Positions 26,666 to 38,836 of a stretch of DNA of 64,000 nt are shown one piece after another. Every line of letters starts with the position of its first letter. Position 1 is the stretch's first letter. This stretch comes from Epiperipatus broadwayi. Its lineage: Eukaryota > Animalia > Onychophora. The stretch spans positions 1,364,001 through 1,428,000 of the forward strand of contig JAQFVV010000009.1 in the NCBI GenBank assembly GCA_028023455.1, in the 5' to 3' direction. The notes beneath the pieces were generated by a model. That model did not search any database, had not been told where the DNA came from, and was given only the letters and a program-made list of their open reading frames with translations. Both the position numbers and the translations under genes were made by a program.

Positions 26666-29600
26666 TTTTATCTTTAATTTTTTTTTTAATTAGTACATTC
26701 CTTTATTTGCTTGTTTTTCCATTTTGATTACACTGAAATTAGTTCCATATTGTTCATTTAATCAGTCTGGAATCTTAATCTCTAGAGCCTGATTAGTTTT
26801 GTATGAAGTGTTCTAATTAAATATAAAATCTTTTTAATTAAAAAAAAATGCTTTTAATAAAAGTACTTTTGAAAGAATTATATAAAAATAAAAGTAGGTA
26901 AATGAAAGGTAAGTTATAATTTCTAAATTATTTCCAACATTTTTTCTTTTTATTTTTACATTTCCTTTTCCCAAACTATTAAATATTGATTTTAGTATTC
27001 TATTTTTTTTTTTTTAAGTTTTATTTAAAAAAAAAAAAGTAAATCATGTAACTCGTATATATACACACACGCAATATAAAAGGCCTTGTATATATGTGAG
27101 CTTAGATTCATATCCAGGAATAAAATTTGAAATTTTTAAAGATTCAAATCAATTGAAAGATTTTTCTTTTATATAGGCAGATCATAGTCAACACAGCTTA
27201 CTATCTAATATTGATTATAAATGAATAAATGAGAAGTATATCTATTGAAAGAATAAAACAAGAACAGGAAAAATTCAAACCCTCACCATCCATCATTTCT
27301 CTTACTATTTCTCTAAGAGAGGATGTTGGATGGACTCTGATGTGGTCTATTTAAAGATTTATTTATTTTACTTTATTTATTATTTGGGGGAAATGAATTA
27401 TTAATTGTAGAATATCAAAAGTTGTAAATCTTCTAAGTCATATTTCTAAAAATAGTTATCTAAACTTATTTAACAACTTGCCCAAGATAAAAAGGATATT
27501 ATTGGTTACTAGAATAAAGTAGTTTAGCCTTAGATCTGATTTAAGCATAATAACAATAACTTAATTTATCCAGTACAGCATTGATCAATAATTGATCATT
27601 GCTAGAAATATCGATCATCATCTATTTATATAGTTTGATTACTCAAAGTATGATCTCATGAAAGTAAAAATGATGGAATAATTTTATTTCCCTTTCAATA
27701 AATATTTATTTTTCTGGACTAATCATTAAAAAATATAGACTAGTGCAAATCAACTTTTATTTGCTTTAAGTGTAAAAATGCTTCTATATACTTGGACACT
27801 ATCTTCAAATTCGAAAGACTGATTTACTTATTCTTATTCTTAAATATTTGTTATCATTTAGTAATTTACCTACAGTCTAACACAATTGAAAGTACTAAGA
27901 AACTTTGTTGGACACCAAATGACCCAAAATCTTATATATAAATCAAATATATAGTATGCACTTAAGTTGAGAATCTAATGAAAAATAAAATTATTGCTTT
28001 TAAATTTTAAAATAACTCTTTACTAAAATAACAAATTATGAAACTGATAAATACATTTGAAGCTTAGAAAAAAACATTGCATCAATATACAGATACATAA
28101 ATGATTCTTATTTAGCAATCATCTTTGCACATATTTCTGGCTGGTTCACTAATTAACTCTCCTCCCATCCTTTCTTAAACTCCTCAAAGATATACAATAA
28201 GTTAATGAGATATTTTTTTAAAGTAAAAATTTACATTGTTTAATATCTGATATATATATATATATAAAGATTTATTAATGTTAAAAAGGAAAAAATAATA
28301 ATAAACAATAGTTTACAAATTTCTTCTTGTATTATCAGTTGATTGATAAATATTTTTAGTTAACTGCAATTATTGAAAATTTTATAAAACACCTATTTAA
28401 ATTGAGGTCTTTACTCTTAATTTTACAGTTTATCACCTTTCTTTGATATTGTCTACTATTTTCTTTTCTTTTTTTTACTATTTACAATCTAATTTTGAAA
28501 ATACATTTTTGACAGTGTTTGAAATATCTTTTTTTTTTTTTATCTAAGGTCATTCTTTTTAGTTTGAAAGTTTTTTCCAAGTGATTTATTGTTTTTTTTT
28601 AGCTGTTTTTCAACAACAATTGCTTTGCTGAATTTTATTCTTTATTTCTTCAATTTTTTTGATGATATCATAGTGATAATATCATTTGCTGAATTTCAGT
28701 TCATTTATAGCTCTTTCATTGATAGATAGGTTAGGCTATATATCCTCTATAAAGGTTACATTTCCAGGTAGTAAATATTTATTTAACTAAGATTCGCAAT
28801 ATATCATATCATTTTATAACATATATAGATAATGAATAACTTTCCTATAGTTGCAATTGAAAAATAATAATGATAATTTAGTGATATTTTTAGACTGGAT
28901 TAGCTTTGTTCTATTAGTAGACTTGATATTAACTTCTTTTTTTCTTGCCATCACTTCTGCTAATTCTTTGGAGAAGTTTATGTATATTATAATCAGTTGG
29001 GTTCCATAGCTTATTAGAAAAATAAACAATTAGATAGTTGGCAGCATGTTCCTCAGGTTTGAGTATAAAAAATTATTTTATTAATGAAGGGAAATAATAT
29101 TAACATTTTCTTAGATCTATTTTTTTTTAAAAAAGTTTTAACTCAATGATAGTATGAAAATTCTCAAACATTAAATATATTTAAGTATATTTTTTAAAAA
29201 ACAATAAATTACAAGAAAGTGAAGAACAAAATAAGAGTTTAGTAATTTTGTAAATTTGTTATTTTTAATTAATCAGAGTTGTTTTCCTTTCTTCATCTCT
29301 ATTTAATGAAAAAGAAAAATCAAATCAGTGCAATTAACAGATTATCTTCTTGTTGTTGTTTTTTTTTTTTTTTTACAAGATTTGATTTTTAATTATAAAG
29401 GAATGTCAAGAATTTTATATTGTTAAATTCTTGTTCTTAGCTTGTTTTTAATCTCTGATTAAGGAGATAATTGCCTGAACAATTGTTATTATGAAATTTT
29501 ATTTAATTGGTTAGTCATGAAAGTTATCATGCAAGAGACAGATTGTAATTGGCTGATAGGCAAGATTGTCCAAGAAAAAAAATATAAACAGATTATTGCT

Positions 29601-29958
29601 ACTTAATGGTTGAAGAGAGCAGTCAAATCTTAATTCTGCTGTTGAAAAATATAGAAGACATTATTCCTAACCAAGAAAGCAGCGAAGTTTTGATCCAGCT
29701 GCTGAAAAGGAAAGAAGCAGAAACCTTCACTAACCTGTGGCATAACACAGCAGGAATTTAACCAAGCTATTGAATAAAATAATAGGTTTTTAATGTAGCT
29801 TTAGTTTAGCACTAAAAATGATTTGTACAATGAAAACCATATGCTAAGTTCAGCTAAAAGCTGGGCATCACCTTCCTCCATGTAACCTACCTTCACTGGA
29901 ATTGAGATTGCGCTTTACGCAAAAAAGTGAAGCTTGTCTAAATCTTACAAAGTTATAT

Positions 29959-30001
29959 GGCTTAGCGCTTTCGAAGACCTTGAGTCTCCATAATCGTAGC
30001 C
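29959..30001 (-). ncRNA. Candidate minimal type-I hammerhead with A3-U8 core and an extra U
   Basis: GGCT-ACGATTA-T-GGAGAC-TCAAG-GTCTTC-GAAA-GCGCT-A-AGCC. Stem I GGCU/AGCC, stem II 6 bp, palindromic AGCGCU. Lies in the 3-prime UTR where PLE HHRs are expected. Confidence 0.6.
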
Positions 30002-30054
30002 TACTTTTAACTGAAGTTTAGTTGTGGTTTATGTAAAATTTTTATGCAAATTTT

Positions 30055-31646
30055 ATAATGACCATTTTCTGGAGATTGTAAAGCACGATTCTTTCTGGTT
30101 TATTGCATAATTATCATTTGCAATAAAACATGCCTCTTTGATTTTTCATTTCACATCATTGCGTTCAGTGCACAGTGCCCTTACTATAGTGGGTTCAAAC
30201 ATATGGCCGGTTGTATTTTGGTGCTCGAAGAATATGGATCTGTTTTCATCATTATTTATAGCTTTCCTATACAAATAATGATGTTGAGCTGTTCTTGTTG
30301 TGATGTTGACACGGGTCTCCCCATAGTATGCCGCTCTACATCCATTGGTTGGGCATGAAATTTTATAAACTGCTTGGGATATTTGATTAGAAGGTATTTT
30401 GTCTTTGGTATTGTTTATCATTCTGTTTGTTGATGGTGGGGTATGGAATCCTAGTTCAAAAGACTCAGCAAATATTTTATAATATTTTCTAGCAATTGAT
30501 GGTATGTATGGAAGCATTATTCTGGGTTTATTGTTTTTGTCCGTGTCAGTTTGTAATTTAGTTTGAAATTGCTTGATCTTTTTATATATAATGTTGTATG
30601 AAAATCCAACCTTTTCTAGATCTTTAATATAATTTGTGAGGTTCATTTTTCGGTCAGCTTCAAATTTACACAGTCTATGATTTCTATGCAGGAAGGAAGA
30701 GAGTCCAGCCAATTTATGAGAGTTGGGTGAGTTCGAGTTTGGATGTATAAATCCTCGAATTTCTAGTGGTTTAACTGTCATAGCATATGTGAGTTGGTGT
30801 GGATCTCTATGAATTTAAATATCTAGATAATTAACATTGTGCTGAAGGTTTTCCTGTATGCAGTTAATTGTTAAAGAGGTTTGTGTTTGTAGCTCTTTTT
30901 GAATATCCATTATTATTTGTTCTGGTGCTACTATGACTACATCGTCTACATAGCACGTATATATTAAGTTTAATTCAATTGTGTAGTACTTAGTCAGTAT
31001 TTGCCTTTCAAAATGATTGAGGAAAATACTAGATATTATCCCACTTATTGGGAGGCCCATTGGCCATCTGTCGTTCATTTTAAACCATTTACCATTAAAT
31101 GTGGCCACAATATTTTGATCCATCCATTTCAAAAATTCTACTATGAAATTCAGCTGCTCTAGTGGGCAATTATTATTTGTGAGTTCAGCTATAATAATGT
31201 CGATCGAGCTTTTACGGTTAATTGACCCGTATAGCTCTGTTACATCCAGTGATGCCATACTAAATTCAGGTTTGATTGTGGCTTGTTTAATTTTATTAAT
31301 GAATTCAAACGATGAGTTAATAGCCTGTGTGCCAAAACCTATTCTTTCGAGGAGCCATTGATTTATCATTTTTGCGGTATTGACGTAATGTGCTCCGCCG
31401 AAGTCTATCATCAATCTTAACGGCGCATTAGGCTTATGTAACTTAATGTTAGCGAAGATTCTTGGGGGCGTAGATGCAGATGGATATATATGAAAATATT
31501 GGGCCTTTGAAAAGGCTTTGTTGTAATATTTGCGAAGTGTAGATGCTATAAATTTTTCCTTATTAACTTTATTATTAAAATTGGCTATTTCTTCAAATTT
31601 CAAATTGCCGATCTGATTATTAATTTTATTTAAATAATCTCCTCTG
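30055..31646 (-). pseudogene. PLE reverse transcriptase + C-terminal GIY-YIG endonuclease, one frame with two premature stops
   Basis: PRIFANIKLHK, SLDVTELY, PMGLPIS, YVDD and NYLDI (RT), then AVYKISC..YYGET (GIY-YIG). Stops at 30815-30817 and 30146-30148 are in frame and the natural stop is at 30055-30057. Confidence 0.9.
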
Positions 31647-31789
31647 TTTTTTGCGTAAAGCGCAATCTCAATTAATTACTAATTAAAGGTGAAGTAAAAA
31701 CTATTATTTTACTTCACTGGAATAAAAAAATGTAGAGGATAATATACCCCCCCCAGAGTAGTCTGCAACCTGGGCTTCAATCAAGAGTA

Positions 31790-33400
31790 ATGAGTTTCTT
31801 TGGCATACAAAATCCAATTCTTTGTCAGGGATTCTAGACACTTTATAGAATTGATCAAAAACATGAAAATTGAAAGAGATTTATGGGTAAACATTGATGT
31901 GGAAATTTTATTCATGAATGTACCATGTGAAGAAGCATTGTCTATTGTAAGGAAAAGATTAAATTGTGATAATAGTTTACAAACCAGAACAGCTCTTCCC
32001 ATTGATAGTATAGTGGAACTATTAACATTCTCCATAAAAACAACCTATCTTCAATATAACACAGAATTCTTCCAACAAAATCAAGGAATAGCTATGGACT
32101 CACCATTGTCTCCCCTAATTAGCAATATTTACATGGAAGAACTTGAAACCTTAACCATAAAAACTACTCCATATTCACCTAAAGTTTGGCTTCACTATGT
32201 GGGTGATATATTTGTTGTATGTCCACATGGTGAAGCACTGCTACAAACTTTCTGTAAACACATCAACAACATATCTCCTTCAATTAAATTTCACAATAGA
32301 ATCAGAACAAGAACAAAAATTGGCATTCTTAGATGTTTTTGTGAATCAAAACTACAGTTTACCAAAAACCACATACAGGAAAATATATAGCCTATACATC
32401 CAATCATATCAGAAACACAAAACATGGAGTTATACTATCACTATGGAACAAAGCAAAGGAAGTTTGTTCAGAAACCAGTGATTTGGAAAAAGAAAAGATC
32501 TGTATATAACAAACTCTTATGAAATCGGCTGTTATTAAGAAAATGTTAAATAGACAACAAAAAGGACCATCAAGAGAAAAGACAAATTGGTGTGTAATGT
32601 TCCCATACATTCCAAAAATAGCAGATAAGAAAATTCTGCAATCAATATAACATCAAAACAGCTTTCCCAAGCCATACCACACTACAAGGAATTCTAACAT
32701 GTACAAAGCTTAAACTTGAAATGTTGAAAAGAAAAAACTGCATCTATGAAATCCCATGTAAATGTGGAAGAACATATATTGGTGAAACCAGTTGTCACAT
32801 TGAAAGCTCTTGCAAGAACACAAACTGATGATTAGAAGATAGAAAACACGTGTCTAAGGTAGCAGACCATGTATGTGCCAATGAACATATGTTCAATTGG
32901 AAAAATATAAAAATATTGTATAGAGAAGAAAAGGTATAAAGAAGAAATTTTAAAGAAGTGGCTCACATGACAATAGCAAAAAATTTCATAAGCCAAATTA
33001 GTGTGACTATACATAATATATGGAAACCATTAATCAACTTTGCTCTTAGAAAAAAGTGGAGAAATCAGGAGGAACCTCATAGATAAGTATATGAAATTTC
33101 TACTGTGTTGCCCTTGGCAGGATGGCTCAATTGGTTAGGGTATTATCTTAAAATTCAATACTCTAGAATGTAAGGGTCCAGGTTCAAATCCCTTGCTAGT
33201 ACTGTCACTGGTCAGGCCAGCAACACCTGAAGCAGTGGGAAGAATAATATCTCTCAAAACATTGTGCATATACTAACCTGTTTGATGTGCTATTACTAAC
33301 AGTTGAATGTCTTTGGAATATTTAAATAAAGTTAAATTTTTCTAAAGACGTTCGATAAAAATACAACTAGAACACCATCATCACAAACCTTTAGGAAAAC
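31790..33400 (+). mobile_element. PLE family A (Penelope/Poseidon-like), 5-prime-truncated upstream unit: RT, GIY-YIG, terminal repeat
   Basis: DVEILFMNVP, GIAMDSPLSPL, YVGD and CIYEIPCKCGRTYIGET, with frameshifts. The terminal repeat ends ...caaacctttaggaaaac. Confidence 0.9.
33116..33201 (+). ncRNA. tRNA-derived box A/box B module in the PLE-A terminal repeat, copy 2
   Basis: tggctcaattgg (box A) and ggttcaaatcc (box B). Decayed HHR core follows at 33227. Confidence 0.75.
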
Positions 33401-34684
33401 ACTAAGTATTCGGTATGTACCTGATACATTATGAAAAATTATGTCTGACCCTTTCTTATGAAAATGTAAATCTGAAGAAATAATTCTTTGCAACTAAAAC
33501 CTCCAATTCACTCTCAGAGAGCTGAGAAAATTACTCAGAGAACAAGTGAAGCTCTGTTAAAAGAAAAAATAAATGCTCAAATGTTTTCTAAGTATCAAAC
33601 AATGCATTCCATTAAAAATGTAAAATGTTTTCTAAAAAATAAAGTTACTGAAGACTACATGAGAGTTTCTCAAGCAGTAAGAAAATCATATTCTACATTA
33701 CATTAAAAAATAAAAGAATGCCAAAAGAAGAAACTTGCTAATCTATATAGGCATATCAAAAATCATAATGTCCCAAGCAATGTACCGACTTCATCTGTTA
33801 AAAGTCTCAGTTCTAAACATCTAACAGATACTGATTTCCATTCTTAAAAAAGGATTAAACTTTGCCATAACACCATCTAATATCCCTTTATTAGATAAAA
33901 TGGCAGCCACCGAGGAAATCACTCAAAAAATTGCCTTTAGAAGAAGCGGCAGAATTATGCTGGAGAATAAAAAGAATACTTGACAAGCAACAAAAATTGA
34001 AGTCAAACATATCCTATGGTAAGAGGAAAGCAATTAATTCTCTCAAAGTAGATAAATCTATAATTATTCTAGAACTCACAGCAGGCCAATATAGAAAAGT
34101 GGCAAAAAATCCGATACCAAATATGGAAACAAAGTTACAAGCATTACTCAGAAGGTATCGCAGGTAGTTCACTGATTCAGAAAAAAATAAAATAACATCA
34201 TATTTCAGCAAAATTCCTCATCTTTATGGTCTACCTAAAGTCCATAAGGATAATGTTCCATTAAAACCCATCATTAGTTCTAGAGATTCACCTTGACAAA
34301 ATTTGGCAAGTTTCTTCTCAAAGTTGTAAGTCCTTTGGTGTACAAGTCTCGGCCCTTTGTCAGGGATTCTATACACTTAGTAGAATTAATCAAGAACATG
34401 AAAATTGAAAGATCTGATTTACTGGTAAGCTTTGATATGGAAAGTTTATTCATGAATATACCATGTGAAGAAGCATTATGTATTGCAAGGAAAAGATTAA
34501 ATGGTGATAATAGTTTACAAACCAGAACAGCTCTTCCTATTGATAGTATACTGGAACTATTAACATTCTGCATAAAAACCTATTTTCAATATAACACAGA
34601 ATTCTTCCAACAAAATCAAGAATGGCTATGGGTTCACCATTGTCTCTCCTGATTAGCAATATTTACATGGAAGAACTTGAAACT
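33401..34684 (+). mobile_element. PLE family A downstream unit, N-terminal half of the ORF
   Basis: [58 protein letters not shown] and VSFDMESLF. Directly follows the upstream terminal repeat (partial tandem). Confidence 0.85.
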
Positions 34685-36931
34685 TCTTCAGAATCATCGT
34701 CTTTTTTAATTCTTGCTTTTCTTTGGTGACTGTTTATTCCTTCGACATATTTAACTTGCTTTTGTAAAAGTGGAGAATTGCTAGAGTTTTTACAGGTCCA
34801 ATGTAAAGGGCTTGCATCTTCTAGAGCATTATTATCTTCATTTGATTTACTCTGATAAATCCTAGTAAATACTAAGTTAGTTTTACCTAATTTGACAAAA
34901 TAAGCAAATATTATTATGGGAATAATGTATTGTGCACTACATTTCTTAAAATAACCCCATACAGCAATAAGATGTTTACATTAAAATATGGCATGGCAAA
35001 AGAAATGCATACAATTTTATAAGTATTCATATAAATTTAATGACCTTTATAATGAGTATTAGCAGCAAATTCTCATTTTCTTAACCATAGTTCCCCCAAC
35101 TAATGCAGACTTTAGTAAACAATAGATGCAGATGATAGAATCAACGAGTGCTTAAGAATTATATATGACCAAGCAAATAGGCTATAATCCATACACATAT
35201 TGATTTCATTGATTTTTGATTAAAGTTCAGCATTTTACCAAGCAACAAAGTTTAGGACAGTATATTTGAGTTGGAAGTTTCTCTTTCAATAATGTATAAC
35301 AAGATAATGCATAACATTGGGAGTGAAAACCTTGTTTCATTATTATTTCAGTAGATACACATGATTTGATTTAAGTTAATAGATTTAATTTTATAAATAT
35401 ATTAGCTATTTACCATTATTTTAAAAATAAAGAGATCAGTGATTTAATTGAAGTTATTAAATAGTATTCCATGAGTAAATTTATCAAATTACCACAATCA
35501 GTTGACTGCAATAAAAGAGATTTCCTTGAAATAATAATCAGTGATAGTTTCTTTTCTATTTATAGTTATTTATTCTTTTCTACTCTGATGAGAAGACATT
35601 CTGCTAATTAAGGCAAATGCCTAGACTCATTAGTCTACTCGGCCATGATAATGAAGACAAACAAAATGGCTATTTTAAAGTTTTAACTTGCTTAAATTTT
35701 GAAAGCAATAAAATTTTGTTAAGACTGGTTGGTTTTTTGAAGCACAAGTATTTATACCTGTTAATCAGCTGATGTCTGGAGTTTTCCCATTATGCACTGG
35801 TGTTTCATGATTTTTCTGAGAAAATTTGAAAATTGCCAAGGTTACTAAAATGCAGAGTAAATGCTGTTTGATTTTGAATTAACATGGTAATTTGTATGGA
35901 AGCAGTTCAAAATGAAGAGACAAAATAATAATTTGAAGCTTTTCATGTCCACCTTAAGTTTGGCTTTGCTACGTGGATGATACATTTGTTGTACGACTAC
36001 ATGGTAAAGCACTGCTACAAACTTTCTGGAAATACATCAACAAAGTATCCTCTTCAATTAAATTCACATTAGAATCAGAACAAGAACAAAAATTGGCATT
36101 CTTAGATGTTCTTGCGACAAGACTTCCTCATGGCAAAATCAAAACTATAGTTTACCAAAAACCTACACATATAGTAAAATACCTAGCCTATACATCCAAT
36201 CATACGAGAAACACAAAACATGGAGTTATATTATCACTATGGAACAGAGTAAAAGATGTTTGTTCAGAAACCAGCGATTTGGAAAAAGAAAAGATCTATA
36301 TAGAACAAACTTATGAAAAATGGTTATCCATCAGCTATTATTAAGAAAATGTTAAATAGACAACAAAAAGAACCATCATGAGAAAAGACAATTATTGGTA
36401 CTGTAGTGTATTCATACATTCCAAAAATAGCAGACAAATTAAGGAAAATCTGCAATCAGTATAACATCAGAACAGCTTTCCAGAGCCGTACCACACTATG
36501 AGGAATTCTAACATGTATAAAGCCTAAATTTGAAATGCTGAAAAGAAAAAAACCATCTATGAAATACCATGTGAATTTGGAAGAACATATATTGATGAGA
36601 CCAGTTGTCCCATTGAAAAGCTCTTGCAAGGACACAAACTGATGATTAGAAGAGAGAAAACACGTGTCTAAGGTAGCAGACCATGGTTGTGCAAATGAAC
36701 ATATGTTCCATTGGGAAAATACAAAAATATTGGATAGAGAAGAAAGGGTACAAAGAAGAAAATTTAATGAAGCTGCTCACCTGGCAATGGCAAAAAATCC
36801 CATAAGCCAACCTAGTGTGACTATACATAATGTATGGAAACCACTAATCACCTTTGCTCTTAGGAAAAAATAGAGAAATCAGGAGGAATCTCATATATAA
36901 GTATATGAAATTTCTACTGACTGTTGCCTTT

Positions 36932-37017
36932 GGCAGGATGGCTCAATTGGTTAGAGCATTATCTTAAAATTCAATACTCAAGAATCTAAGGGTTCAGGTT
37001 CAAATCCCATGCTAGTA
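36932..37017 (+). ncRNA. tRNA-derived box A/box B module in the PLE-A terminal repeat, best-preserved copy
   Basis: GGCAGGA-TGGCTCAATTGGTTAGAGCA (D-stem GCTC/GAGC), an extended anticodon-arm region, then AATCTAAGGGTTCAGGTTCAAATCCC, close to tRNA-Lys(TTT) AATCTGAGGGTCCAGGGTTCAAGTCCC. Confidence 0.8.
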
Positions 37018-37039
37018 CTGTCATTGGTCAGGCCAGCAA

Positions 37040-37082
37040 CATCTGAAGAAGAGGGGAGAATAATGCCTTTCGAAATCTTGTG
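37040..37082 (+). ncRNA. Minimal type-I hammerhead (family A), partly decayed
   Basis: The consensus over five copies is CAC-CTGAAGA-A-GAGGGG-AGAATAATA-CCTCTC-GAAA-CGTT-GTG. This copy reads cat-ctgaaga-a-gagggg..cctttc-gaaa-tctt-gtg. Confidence 0.6.
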
Positions 37083-38836
37083 CATATACTAACCTGTTTG
37101 ATGTGCTATTACTAACAGTTGAATGTATTTGGAATATTTAAATAAAGTTAAATTTTTCTAAAGACATTCAATATGCATATTAGATGATGGATATATAAAA
37201 ATACAATCTGTCTACCTATATATCACTTGGTATTGCTATTTTTCAATTATTTGGAATTGCTACAGACCAGGAAAGGACACCTTAACTATGCCATGTCTAA
37301 GAAGCCTTCAGTGGGAAGTTCATTTGAATAGAAAACTGAAATTGCAACTGAAAAGAACTCCATCAACATGAAAGCCATGGCTAGAGGTATTATTTTTTAT
37401 TGTGTGTGCACACTATTTTTCTTTTATTAATAAATTTTTTTTTTTTTTTAATAAACATAAAAATAATTTATTTTTTTTTGTTTCATAAATGTAATAAGTT
37501 TTTTCTTTTCTCAATTTCCCCTCTGGATAGAATCAAAAATGGCTATCTTCGTTTTTTGAAAATGTTTAACATTTTTTTTAGTTAATTTAAAAAAATAACT
37601 TAATGAATTTAAAGTTAATTCATGAATAAAAATTAATTGATAGGTTAATACAATTTTAACAAACTGTATATTTATTTTTTATGATGAAATGGATGTTTGA
37701 AATTATCTACTATCATGTCATTTGTGGTTATTAATTAGATATTAAAAAATTCTTTCTATTCTTAATTACTTTATTTTATCCAATTCCTGTTTCATGAAGT
37801 GTTGTGTGTGTGACCTTATAACATGACAGCTAATATTCTAAGATTTAGTTATTGTTTTTTGATGATCTCAATAAAACTAGTTATTTATAAGTATGCCTAT
37901 GAATTGCTTAAGATTAATTATAATAAACATTTATTTATTTATTTCCCTCCTGCTTACAGTAATAAATTATTGAGTTCTTGCTTCCTGAGTTAGATTTGTG
38001 CATAACAGCTATATGGGATAAGGGGTTTATATTTAGTATACGGGTATCCAAATGATGAAGATGATTCTGGGGTTGGCACAAAGAGGATATTCTTCAAAGT
38101 TCATGCACTACATTTTATTTAGTTTGGTCTCTATTAGAAATTAAGTTTATAGTTGACCAGTACATTAATGGTACTAAGTGGCCAGAGCATTGATACTGAT
38201 CAGCATGTTTTAATATCCCAGCATTATTTTTTTTGGTTGTATTCTTATGGATTAGCATTTAAGTGTGTGAATCCAAACTGTGATTTAAATAATTGCCCAA
38301 GCTGGCAAAGGCTCGATAGTTTTCCTGGTCTTCGGGAGACCTGTTTCAAATCCAGTCACAACATTGACTGTTGATTTATTTTTGATTGCTAATCATTCAT
38401 GATGAATAGTTATGTATTTTTTACACTTTTGGGTAATGCTGGTGAACTTATAGTTAGCTGTGCTGACCTTTCAGAATGATCTATTATGCTCATCCCTTTT
38501 GAGATTAAATTTTATTTTTATATACAATTTCCTCAGATCCCTCATGGTTTAAACCCCAATTTTCTGTAAAGTTACAAATGTCTAACCAATTTAAGGCAGT
38601 TGATGTTCACATATCACCCCAAGTATGACCTGATAGTTTCCTGTAGCGTTAAAATATATTTCATGCTTTCAAACACCAGGCTGTCTCCTTTCTCTGTCAC
38701 TGGTAACTAACTCCATTGGTGGCTAGTGTTTGAAATTTCTATTCTAACTAATTTAACTCTGCCCAACTGATATTTATTAGTTATTTATATACTTACAATC
38801 TTATTAAACTCATTAAATCCTTCATGTTGAAAATAG

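Larger units (their letters stand above)
29903..31711 (-). mobile_element. Young, 5-prime-truncated Penelope-like element (family F)
   Basis: 12-bp TSD cttcactggaat at 29891-29902 and 31712-31723. Perfect 27-bp inverted copy of the 3-prime end (29900-29926 vs 31647-31673). CpGs retained. Confidence 0.9.
35955..37215 (+). mobile_element. PLE family A downstream unit, C-terminal half and terminal repeat
   Basis: YVDDTF, KLAFLDV, VYQKPTH, HTRNTKHGVI and IYEIPC..GRTYI. Resumes about 25 nt after the breakpoint at 34684, implying a 1.27-kb insertion. Confidence 0.85.

Noticed and set aside
30146-30148. In-frame TGA in the PLE endonuclease as selenocysteine
   Set aside because: The position corresponds to Arg in K-R-K-I-K-E-A, so CGA>TGA decay is the simpler explanation. 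No SECIS was recognised.
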